A DNA stretch of 64,000 nucleotides from Emiliania huxleyi CCMP1516 (lineage: Eukaryota), in contig NW_005201249.1 of assembly GCF_000372725.1 (NCBI RefSeq), forward strand, positions 24,198 through 88,197, in the 5' to 3' direction. A program made the position numbers and the translations under genes. Of this stretch, positions 11,601-21,900 are shown piece after piece; within the stretch, counting starts at the first letter, position 1, and each line of letters begins with the position of its first letter. Below the pieces are notes generated by a model. That model worked only from the letters and a program-made list of their open reading frames with translations, ran no database searches and was not told the origin of the DNA.

Positions 11601-12647
11601 AGGCCGCGAACGCCTGAGCACCTGAGCAGCGCCTCTTCACCGCGCATCCGCGTGAACAGGTGGGCGGCGAGGCGGACCCGCGCTGGCGCGCGCTGATCGC
11701 CGCCTTCTTCGCTCTCACCGGCGTGCCGCTGGTGTGCGCTCCGCACGACCGCACGCGCCAGAGCCGCGGTGCCACCTCGGCGGACTTGACTTGCTCGCCG
11801 CAGGTGCTCAACACGTCCTTCAACACGCGCCCGGCGGAGCCCATCGTAGAAGGGCCCGCCAACGCGCTCGCCGCCTTCCTACACGTGGCGTCCGAGGCGA
11901 GCGGGGGCGAGGCGGTGAGCGGCGGCGAGGCGGCCAGCGGTGCCGGCGGCAGCGCGCAGGGAGGTGCAGAAGAGGGTGCGGAGGAGGAGAGTGCGGAGGA
12001 GGGCGGCATCGACCGGCTGCTGCTGCTGCTTGGCGATGGGCGGGCGGCTCTCGTGCGCGCGCGACGTTGCCCGCTCGCCGCCGCGGGAGCAGCGGCTGCC
12101 ATCGCTCGGGCCGGGGAGGCTGGCGAGGCGACGCGGCCTGGCTCGGCCTCCGACGCGCTCTGTGAGGCGGTTTCCTTCACGGCGCCACGCTGCGAGCAGG
12201 CGCGGCTCGGCGGGCTGCGCGCGACGCGGCGGCCGGGCGTGCGCCGTTTCGTCTCGAGGATTGGCGCGCGCGAGTCGGGCGAGACGACCGCGGTGCAGCT
12301 GCGGTCGCCGCCCGACGGCGGGGGGGAGGAGTGGGCGGACGGCGCGGCGGGCGAGTGGCTCGCGGCCGACGGCGACGCGGCGGCCGCCGAGACGTTCACG
12401 CCCGACGCGCCGCGGGAGGCGCGCGAGCACCGCTCCATGGGCGGCCGTGCGGGCGGCGAGATCTCTCACACCGGGCTGGTGTGAGCAGGCGTGGGTCGAG
12501 CTGGGCGACGAGCTCGAGCTTGCGGCGCTCGAGCTGTCCGACGGCGCGGAGGTGGCCGACATCGCCCAGGCACTCGACGCGCCGCCCGACGAGGTGGCCG
12601 CCGCGCTGCGCTCGCTGTGGAAGCGGCGCTTCGTCGCACTGGAGTGA
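8620..12647 (+). CDS. O-carbamoyltransferase, NodU/CmcH/TobZ family (multi-exon)
   Basis: Motifs in order: [118 protein letters not shown]. This is the Kae1-like plus YrdC-like architecture. Confidence 0.92.
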
Positions 12648-12877
12648 CAGAGGGAGACCGTGGCGAGCCGCGAGCGCCACGCCTGCAGGGCTCAGCCCGA
12701 ACCCAGGCCGTATCTTTCGAAAGAAAAAGGACATAATAGTGAAAGAATTAGTTTGCTTGTTTACACTTTCTCCCGAACCCAGCCCTCGGTGTGTTTTGCC
12801 GCGAATTCCATGCAGCATGGCAGGCATGCAGCCTGCTATGACTATCACTATGTGTGCTATTGCGTATTGGCCTATTG

Positions 12878-14391
12878 CTAGTACGTCACATCCTTCACCA
12901 GCTTGTTGATCGAGAGGATCTTTGGGAGCTGCATCTCCTTGTCGGACTCGTTGGTCACGGTCACGTCGGGGTCCGACAGCACTTCATATGCCTCTAAATA
13001 CGACTTCTTCGCCCACATCTTGATCAAGCTGTCCTTGAACTCGATCGGAGCGTTGTGGATGTTTCGAACAGTGCACCGCCGTGCCGCCTCAGGCGCAGGG
13101 CGAATGCCCTCGTCCGAAGCCTGCTGCATCGAAAGCCAAGCCTCGAACTACGAACATGGCGGTCCGTGTCAGAGCGCCTCTGGGCAGGGGAAGAGGTAGA
13201 GAAGTGTGAGGCAGCACAGCGGCGAGAGCGAACGCCTGCGTCCAGAAGCGCGACATGTACGAGAGGTCGAGAAGGATGAGGACGGAGGCGCCGAGGTACA
13301 AAGTGTTGATTCTCCCCATCATCGCCTTGAATTCCAGCCTCTCCTCGAGGCTCCGTTCCTGTCTGGGCGTTTTTTGTGGCATGCACCTGCACGGAACCAG
13401 ATGGCGAAGCTGAGCTCCCGTGAAGGGCCGAGAGGAAGAGCGAGGGGGGGGGGGGGGGCATACCAGTAGTCAAACCACACCCACTCGACGGCAGGGTTCG
13501 CCTCCAGGTAGCGCTTGACCTCCCGCAGCTGCACCCCTTTGGTGTCGGGCGACTCTGGCGTCTCCCACCTGTGCGAAATGGCGAGGTACTTGCCCAAATC
13601 ATCTCGCGTCGCTCCAGCCACCCGTCCCGCCCGCGGAGCTCCTGCATGACTGGCAGGATCTTCTGGGTGGACTCGCGAAGCTTGGCGGCCGACACAAAGT
13701 AGAAGGTGCTCTCTGCCTCGAACTTGGCCCGCATCAGCTCCTCCGCCTCTACGTTGTGTCGCCTTGTACTTGGTGTCGCCGTCTTCTCCGGCGCCACCTT
13801 CGCCGCATCACTCTTGTAGGGATCGCCGAAATAACACGGCATGACCAACTTGCCCGGGTGCTCAAGCGCGACGGGAAGGTTCGCGAAGATAGTGCTGTAG
13901 GTCCAATCGGTGATGCGCAGCAGCTCGATGCAAGTCTCGACGCCGCATACCGGGTTTAGCAGCGACATGCCAAATGCAGCCCAGAATGCACTTAAAAGGA
14001 ACGTGATGAGACCGATCATCTCAGAGGCCGCAATAAGGTAGTTGGTCACTTGCGGCAATCCCCCAATGACGTAATAGCAAGCATTTGCGCACTCATTGTT
14101 GGAAAAGCGGCATAACGACCTGCATAACATGTGGAACCAGCCGCCGGACACGTACCGTATGAGGCCGATCACGAAGTGGTTGAGGAAGACCGGGATCGCG
14201 AACACGACCACGAGGAACCACTTGACTCCTGTGTAATATGCAAACGTTGGGCTGCTGTCGTTGCGCCGTGCCCACTGCCGCCACGTGCGGCGCGGCGTGT
14301 CCGGTGCCTCGCAGCATCCTCCGCAGCAGGACAAGTCAACGTCCTTCTCGAGGTCAGGCTGCTTCTCCCCGAGGAGGTCTTGGCCTATCAT
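12878..14391 (-). CDS. Multi-TM protein fused to a HET (heterokaryon incompatibility)-like domain; apparent frameshift near 13600
   Basis: After removing two short introns: YLAISHRW, WVWFDYWCMPQ, INTLYLGASVLILLD, YMSRFWTQFEAW, matching the HET motif order. N-terminal hydrophobic helices include WFLVVVFAIPVFL and MIGLITFLLSAFWAAFGMSLL. The frame changes between GWLERREM and GKYLAISHRW. Confidence 0.7.
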
Positions 14392-14613
14392 GTGTTGGCT
14401 TCTCGGTCTCTGCAGCGGCGATGTGCATTCCGATCCTCCTGTGGCGGGAACGTTACATGTCGTCAGATTAAAATAAAAACTAATTAGCGGCCTGTGGAGC
14501 TGGGAAGAGACCGCCGCGAGCGGCGTGGCGTGGAGCGGTTGAGCCCTAAAAGTTTAAGATATTTTGCGCAAAAGATCGCGTTGCTCTTGCGGCAAGACCA
14601 GGGAGCGATCTCA

Positions 14614-15103
14614 CCCCCTAAACAAATAAAGGTACCGCCCTCGCGGTACCGCAGTGAGTACCGCCCAAAACAGTGCTGCTTTTCGGCCGAAATGGCCTCT
14701 TGACGTCCCGCTCTGGGCTTTCCAGGATGACAGAATTGGCCTTCGCCAGACTGGGGACTATTGTGCGCCTCGGCGAGGCGGTTCCGGACATCCCGATCGC
14801 GAGCGCAGTGGACTCATCTTGCCGGTCACTGCCGGCGGTCGACAACTGCCCTTCGAGCAGCGTCGGGTACCGCCGGCAAGATGAGGTCCACCGCGCTCGG
14901 AATCGGGAATTCGGGATGGCCGGAACCGCCTCGCCGAGGCGCACAATAGTCCTCAGTCTGGCGAAGGCCAATTCTGTCATCCTGGGCCGCCGCTGACATC
15001 TCTCTCTCGACCGGTACCTCGCTTGGGCGGTACCGGGCAAATGCCGGTACCGGCGCTCAAAACCTGCGGTACCGCAGTGCGGTCGCTTTATTTGTTTACG
15101 GGG
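14614..15103. mobile_element. MITE with CCCC-start TIRs, 3-bp TCA target duplication and a long internal hairpin (CMC/EnSpm-like)
   Basis: TCA|CCCCCTAAACAAATAAAG ... CTTTATTTGTTTACGGGG|TCA. Internal ~75-bp arms at 14722-14797 and 14909-14985, inner arms at 14813-14825 and 14873-14885. Confidence 0.85.
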
Positions 15104-15142
15104 TCACTTTCTTTACTTCCACGCGCCGACGAGAGCACTCCC

Positions 15143-17182
15143 ATGCCCGGCCGACCAAAAGCCGCCTCCCGGCGCGGACACGCATCAACGGCGGCTGCTG
15201 CGCCGCTCGCGCTGCCGAAAAAGATCGAGGCCGCGGCGGCGGACGGCAAGGCGGGCGTGGTGCAGACGTGGCTCGCCGGGGACGGGCGGGTTGATGCGAC
15301 GTGCGTGCATCGCGGTGTGAGTGGCTGGACGCTCCTGCCGATCGCCGCCGGACACGGTCACAAGCAGCTGGTCGAGGTTCTGCTGAAGCGGGGCGCGAAG
15401 CCGGACGCGAGAGACAGCTACGGCACTACAGCGGTGATGAACGCCGCCGTCAATGGCCACGTGCAGGTGGTCGAGACGCTGCTGCGGCACGGGGCGGAGA
15501 TCAACCTGCAGAACAGCGGCAGCGTCACCGCGCTGATGCTGGCTGCCATCCAAGGCTACGAGCGCGTGGTCGAGCTGCTGCTGCGGCACGGGGCAGAGGT
15601 CGACCTGCAGGACGGCGCCGGCTATACTGCGCTCGCGAGCGCCGCCCTCAATGGCCATGCTGCCGTTCTGCTCCAGCTTCTGCGGGCGGGCGCAGACATG
15701 ACGCTGCGCACTGCGGACGGCGAGACGGCGCTGCAGCTTGCCAAAGAGAAGGGTCACACCGAGTGCATCGCCGCTGTCAAGACGTTTCTCGGCGAGGTGG
15801 CGGCGGAGAGGCGCGACGCGGCGGCGGTCGAGGCGGGCGGCGAGGGCAGCGCTTCGGGCGGCAGCAGCGGGCCTGTTCCCGAGGAGATCGGCGCGGCGGG
15901 CGGCGCAGGGGCGGACGGCGATGCCGCCTCGGGCAAGGGAGCGGCGGCGGAACCGACTGCCGCGTCCTCTTCTGGCGGCGTGGAGAGCGGAACGGGCGAG
16001 GACGCCGTCCCCGAGGAGGTCGTGGCGGCGGCTAAGCAAGGCGACGAGGCGGTGCTGGCGTGGCTCGACGGCGGCGGGCGGGTGGACGCGACTTTCACTC
16101 GTGAGGGTCTGAGCGGCCTCACGCTGCTGATGGGCGCTGTCTCCGGCGGCCACTGGCGGCTGGCCGCGGCGCTGCTGCAGCGTGGCGCTTCGATCGACCT
16201 TCAAAACAGCGGCGGCAGCACCGCGCTGAAGCTCGCCGCCCTCCTGGGCCACGAGCGGCTGGCAGCGATGCTGCTGCAGCGTGGCGCTTCGATCGACCTT
16301 CAGAACCGCGTCGGCAGCACCGCGCTGACGATCGCCGCCGGTATCGGACACCCCGCTGCTCTCCACTGCCTGCTGCGGGCGGGCGCCGACACGAAGCTGC
16401 GCACGGAGTCTGGACGCACAGCGCTGCAGTTTGCCAAGGAGGAGGGCCACGCCGAGTGCGTGCGCGCCCTTGAGGAGCATGCGGCGGCTGAAAAGGCGGC
16501 GGAGGCGGTGGCGAAGGAGGCGGCGTGGGCTGCGGGGGCGGCGGAGAGGGCGGCGGAGCGGGCGGCGGCGGAGGCGGAGGCTGCGCGGCACGCCGAGGAG
16601 CTGCTGGCGGAGGTCGAGGCGGAGAAGCGCGGCAAGGGCAAGAAGGGCAAGAAGAAGAAGAAGGGCGGCGGGAGCGGCGGCGCTGGGCCGTCGCAGGATC
16701 CCGAGGCGCCGTCGGAGGCAGCCGCAGCCGAGGCCGCAAAGAAAGCCGAGGAGGCGAGATTGATCAGGCTTCTCGAGACGCTCCACGAGGAGCGGATTCG
16801 GTACCGCATCACGGCGGAGACGTCGGTCGAGGGGCTGGCCGAGGCGTTGGGAGAGGAGGCCGAGGCGGCAGGCGAAGCGAGCGAGGAGGAGGCGGCGGAG
16901 GCGGGTGAGGAGGCAGCCTGGGTGGCAGCGGAGGCGCGCCGGGAGGCCGAAGGCGAGGCGGACGCTCTGGCAGCGGCAGAGGAGGAGGCGGCTGCCGCGG
17001 CGGCGGCGGCGGCGGCGGCGGCTGCGGCTGCGGCGGCGGCTGCGGCGGCGGCGGCGGTGGCAGAGGCGGCGGCTGCGGCGGCGGCGGCAGAGGCGGCGGA
17101 GGTGGCGGAGGCGGCACTGGCTGCCGTCAAGGCGAGGCGCGCGTCAGCGGCCGCCGCGAGGGCCAAGGCGAATGCCGACTAG
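15143..17182 (+). CDS. Ankyrin-repeat protein (two ankyrin blocks, Lys-rich patch, Ala/Glu-rich tail)
   Basis: Repeated G-x-TAL-x-x-AA-x-x-GH-x-x-VV-x-x-LL-x-x-GA units. Intronless. First ATG after the MITE is at 15143. Confidence 0.9.
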   Translation: MPGRPKAASRRGHASTAAAAPLALPKKIEAAAADGKAGVVQTWLAGDGRVDATCVHRGVSGWTLLPIAAGHGHKQLVEVLLKRGAKPDARDSYGTTAVMNAAVNGHVQVVETLLRHGAEINLQNSGSVTALMLAAIQGYERVVELLLRHGAEVDLQDGAGYTALASAALNGHAAVLLQLLRAGADMTLRTADGETALQLAKEKGHTECIAAVKTFLGEVAAERRDAAAVEAGGEGSASGGSSGPVPEEIGAAGGAGADGDAASGKGAAAEPTAASSSGGVESGTGEDAVPEEVVAAAKQGDEAVLAWLDGGGRVDATFTREGLSGLTLLMGAVSGGHWRLAAALLQRGASIDLQNSGGSTALKLAALLGHERLAAMLLQRGASIDLQNRVGSTALTIAAGIGHPAALHCLLRAGADTKLRTESGRTALQFAKEEGHAECVRALEEHAAAEKAAEAVAKEAAWAAGAAERAAERAAAEAEAARHAEELLAEVEAEKRGKGKKGKKKKKGGGSGGAGPSQDPEAPSEAAAAEAAKKAEEARLIRLLETLHEERIRYRITAETSVEGLAEALGEEAEAAGEASEEEAAEAGEEAAWVAAEARREAEGEADALAAAEEEAAAAAAAAAAAAAAAAAAAAAAAVAEAAAAAAAAEAAEVAEAALAAVKARRASAAAARAKANAD

Positions 17183-17570
17183 CCGCGCGCAAGGACAGCA
17201 ACCAAGTACAGTACTGCTACTGGCGCCGGCGCACGGATCGTGGTTGGAGCTTGGAGGCATGTGTTGGGAGGAAGGTGAGTGCAGGGAGGGGGAGGGGGGT
17301 GAGCTCGCTGTCCCGTGGTCTTGTCTGTTCAAGGGGGCTCCGCGATCTCCACCGGCACCACTAAAAGGGGGAGCGGAGTGAGGTGAGAGGACTTTTGTGG
17401 GAGTGGGTGGAGTTTTTTATCCGGCGCTTTCCTTACGCCAAGCTGAGATGCTCTGCGAGTGCGACTGCCCGCCCTTCCCCGTCTCGTTTATTTCAACTAT
17501 GTGACTCAGGCATACATGGGCTATCCTATGAATGATAAATCTTCCGCACGCACCACCGTGCGCTGCTCTT

Positions 17571-18617
17571 TCACTCCGCAAAGTCGCTCTCTAGCTTTAT
17601 CGCCGACAGCCGCTCCTGCCACGCCTCGCCCCGCGCGACCAGCCGCGCCCACCGCGGCAGGTCCTCGCCGTCCTCCAGCGCGGCGGCCGCCCCCTCCGGG
17701 TCGGCCATCCTCGCGGCGGCCTCCTCGTCCAACCGGAGGTGCACCTGCCGGGAGGCGGGTGTTGGGAGGCGGCGTGGCGCGTGGCGGATCCGAGGCGGAG
17801 GCGGGGCGCGGAGGCTGGAGCCGAGAGAGAGGAGGTGTGGGCGAGCGCCTCGAGAGGCGCCGCCATCAGCTGCGCCTCTGTGGGCGAGAGCCGCTCCGGC
17901 CACTCGACGAGTGAGACGCAGTCGCGGAAGACGGCGGGCAGGTCGACCAGCTGCCCCACCTGAGAGGTTGGAGACAGCGGCGCCCTGGGTGAGGAGGGCG
18001 TCGTGTCTGGCCACTGCGTGCCGCGGCCGGTAGGTTGGACTCCGTTCCGCATCTAGCCCCTCGCCTTGCCCTCAGGCAGCCTCCACAGGTCCATGTGGTG
18101 CACGGTGACGCCTGAGCGAAAACAGAGAGGCAGGCTAGAGGACCACCAAGCTCTGCAGATTGTGCGTGCGTGTCCATGTCTGTGTGCGCGTGCGTGTGCT
18201 TGCTGCGCGTGCTGTGCGTGCTGTGGCGTGGCGTGCTGTGCGTGCGTGGCGTGCTGTGCGTGTGTCCTAGTGACGGCCGCCTGGCTGCAGCGCGCCGCCC
18301 TCCTCGTCGGGGTAAGTGTTGTCAATCAGGTAGCTGGGCGAGGCGACGTGGAGCGAGGCGTCCTCGTCGCCCAGCCACCGACGGATAAAGCCGCGTGCCA
18401 GGCACGTCTTGCCCGCACCGTACCCTCCGTGCAGCAGTAGCGTGTCGCCGGCACGCGCGCGCTCGGCCAGCGCGGCGCCGAGCGCCATGGTGTCGCCTGC
18501 CGTTGGGAGCGGCAGCCAAGGTGTCCCAACGTCCGCCGCGGTCACACCCAGGCTGCGATGAGCCGGCCGGGCGGACAGCAGCGTCGGCCAGCCGCGCGCT
18601 AGACTCAGGAGCGCCAT
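17571..18617 (-). CDS. tsaE: TsaE/YjeE t6A biosynthesis P-loop ATPase with N-terminal targeting extension (multi-exon)
   Basis: TMALGAALA...GDTLLLHGGYGAGKTCLARGF, VASPSYLIDNTY, VHHMDLWRL and VSLVEWPERL match the YjeE motifs (GxxGAGKT, SPT(Y/F), HxDxYRL, xEW). Confidence 0.9.
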
Positions 18618-18945
18618 GGACAGGATTGCGCTTTTACTTTTTTTCTAGTCGCGCCGCGCGGGGAGGCCTCATCTCTCCCTCCCTCCGACTCTCTCTATTG
18701 CCGCCCCATTCGTGATAGGGACTTTATTTGCAACTGAGTTTCTTCCTCTTCTCTTGGCCGTAGATTGTTGCTTTTGTTGGCCAGCCGCTCGAGCCGCGAA
18801 GAGGCTTGACCGCAATAAAGGCAAGAGAGGAGTTGGAAGGCGGGAAAAAAAAGAAGTGAAACGCAGCGCGGAGAGTGTCTTGATTGCGTGCGCTCTGCTC
18901 TGGCTGCTCACTTGGTCTCCGAGAGAGAGCCACCTCTCCGGAGGC

Positions 18946-21900
18946 ATGCTGATTCGGATCCGGACGCCCGAGAACGAAACCATCAGGCTGCAGGTTGATT
19001 CGAGCACAAATTTCTCAGACCTCCTCGCGCAGGCGGCGGCCGCGGCTTCGTGCTCTCTCGATGCGGCAAGTCTCTCCCTGAACGGGACGGATGCAATTGT
19101 GGCAGTTTCGAACGCGTCTGTGGCTGAGGCGGGACTGGCGCAAGGAAACTTGATTTACCTGCTCGTTCGTGCCGAGGGTGACGAGACGGCGACTCCGAGT
19201 CCTAGCGACACCCGTCAGGCGCCACCAATCGCCGCCCTGCCGCCGTCACCAATCAAGGCTCAAGGAGAGGCCTCTGGTACGGGGGACGAGACGGTGACTC
19301 CGAGTCCTAGCGACATTGCGCCACCCGTCGCCGCCCTGCCGCCGCCAATCCGAGAGGCCTCTGGGACGATTGCCGGAACATCGGCACGCGCAGCTGCAAG
19401 GCGGCGGCTGGGCAGGCACTTGCGGCAGGACAAGGTTGCCAAGCGCCGCGGCCTCACCGTCGGCCTCACCGTCCCACAGTCACCGGCAGAGAGCGGCGGA
19501 AGCGCGGAGGAGGCCATGCCGGACGGCGCGGTCACGGAGGCCACGCCGGACGGCGCTGTCACGGAGGCCACGCCGGACGGCGCTGTCACGGAGGCCACGC
19601 CGGACGGCGCTGTCGCGGAGCAGGCCACGCCAGACGAGGGCGTGACTGCGCCCGTGGGTGGCCCGCTGGCGGCCATCACCCCGCCGCCGCCCCTCGCCGC
19701 CTCGTGCCGCGAGGAGGAGCTGCGCAAGGCAACGCTCAACAAGTGGAAGGTGCTGCTCTTCGGCAAGAGCTCGCCGGACAAGGGTCTCAAGCCGCTCATG
19801 CGGAGGCTCCGGCGGCTCAAGGCGGGCGGCGCGTCGGCGCCGGCACTCAAGGGCGGCGGCGCTCTCTCCCTGCACGGGCTGCAAGAGGCGGCGAGGGCGG
19901 CGGTGCAGCAGGCGCAGGAGGAGGGCCTCGAGCTCGCAAAGGCGACGCGGAAGGACAACTCGAGCGGCTACGCCAACGTCTCGCTCGACAAGACGCGGTC
20001 CCGCAACCTGGGGCACGACATGTACACCGTGCGCGTCCGCTTCAACGGCAAGCGGCCCAACCTCGGCTGGTTCTCGACGGCGGAGGAGGCGGCGCTCGCC
20101 TTTGCCCGGCACAAGGCGGGCAAGCCCAAGGTGGAGCTGCGCAGCTCCGTCGGCGGCGCGGCCGCGCCCGGGACGCGCAAGCGCAAGCGCTCTGGCGGCG
20201 CCCCCTCGGGCGGCACCGCGCTCCTCGGCGGCACGGTGAGCGTGGGCGGCGACTCCTCCGCTCCGTGGGCGTCGAACCGCCAAGGCGCGGGCCCGCCTTC
20301 GCTGGAGGGGGGCTCGTGGGTGTGGGCCAAAGACGGCGCCGGCAAGTGGGGCAAGGCGACGGTCCTCGCGGTCGAGGGCGGCGCTCCGGCGGAGCTGGGC
20401 GACGAGCAAGAGCTGAAGCTCGCTCTGCTCCTCTCGACGCTCCGCCCGGAGGCTTCGGGCGTCGCGCTCGCTGCCAAGTTCAAGCGGCTGGCGAGCGGCA
20501 AGGCGCCCTCCAGCCCGACCACGGCGCGCGTGCGCTTCTTCCTCTTCTCGTCGAAGCACGACGCGGCCATCCCTGTCGGCTGCGGCAGGCTGCGGCCCTT
20601 CGAGGCGTGGGCGGACGTCGAAGGGCGGCTGCGCCCGGCGTGGTCGGCGACGGGACACAAGTGGCTCGGCCTGCGCGTGGCCCGGAGGTTTCACCCAGCA
20701 GGGCGCTCCGTCGTCAAGTGCTACGGCACCGTCACCAGCTGGGTGCCCGCCGACGAGACGGAGAAGGATCCGCCGCTCTGGCGCATCGAGCACGACGACG
20801 GCGACAAGGAGGACCTCGAGGAGGAGGACGTGCGGGCGGGGATCGAGCTCTTCCAGAAGCAGGCGGCGGCCAAGGGACGGCGCGGCGGCGGCGGGCAGCC
20901 GCAGCAGGAGGAAGGTGTGCTCGAGCCGCTCCCGGCGGCGAGCGCGGCGGCGGAGGGGCAGGGGAGCGGGAGCGACAAGAACGTCGAGGCCCTCTCGCCG
21001 GCCACCGCTGTGGCGGCAGAGAAGGCGGCAGCTGAGGAGGCGGCGGAGGAGGCGGCAGCGGCTGAGGAGGCGTCGGGGGAGGCGGCGGTTGGGATGGCGG
21101 CGGGGGAGGCGACGGGGGAGGCGGAGGCGGCTCCGACCCCGAAGCGCGCGGCGAGGAAGCTGCCGCCGCAGACACCGCAGAAGAAGCTGCCGCCGCAGGC
21201 ACCGCCGCCTGGCGCAGGGCCACCGCTGCCTCGGCTGCCAGGTCTTGGCGAGGCGGAGAAGGTGGAGGAGTGGCTGTCGCTCAAGCAGGGCGACCCTGAC
21301 CTGATCGGCTGGCTGCGCGAGCTCCCGCGCGTCGCTGGCGCCGTGGCGGAACAGTCGGCCTGGGAGGAGCTGATCAGCAGGTTCCGCGTCGGGCTCGTCC
21401 GCCGGACGAACGGCGCCTTCGACCGCTACTATCGGTCGCTCAGCGGCAAGGTGTACTGCTCGCGCGCCGAGATTGCGAAAGCCTTCAACTTTGTGCCCCC
21501 CCGCGGCGGCGGCAGCGGCAGCCGCAGCGGCGGCGGCGGCGAGGCGAGGCCGCTCGCTGTGCACGGAGGCGCGGGTGCCGAGGCGCGGTTGCGGGCGCAA
21601 CTGCTGCAAACGCTTCGCAAGTACTTTGGCCACGAGGCCTTCCGCGGCAGTCAGGAAGAGGTCATCCTCAAGTTGCTCCAGGGGAACCACGTCTTCTACC
21701 AGGAGCGGACCGGCCTGGGCAAGTCGCTCGTCTACCAGCTTCCGGCCCTGCTGGAGACGCCGTCCAAAGGCCGCATCACGCTGGTCATCTCGCCGCTGCG
21801 CTCGCTGATGCAGAACCAGGTCATGCAGCTCAACGCGGCCGCGAGGGCGCGCTGGGAGGAGGACGTCGCCATCTTCCTCGACCAGTCCTGCGGGAAGGGC

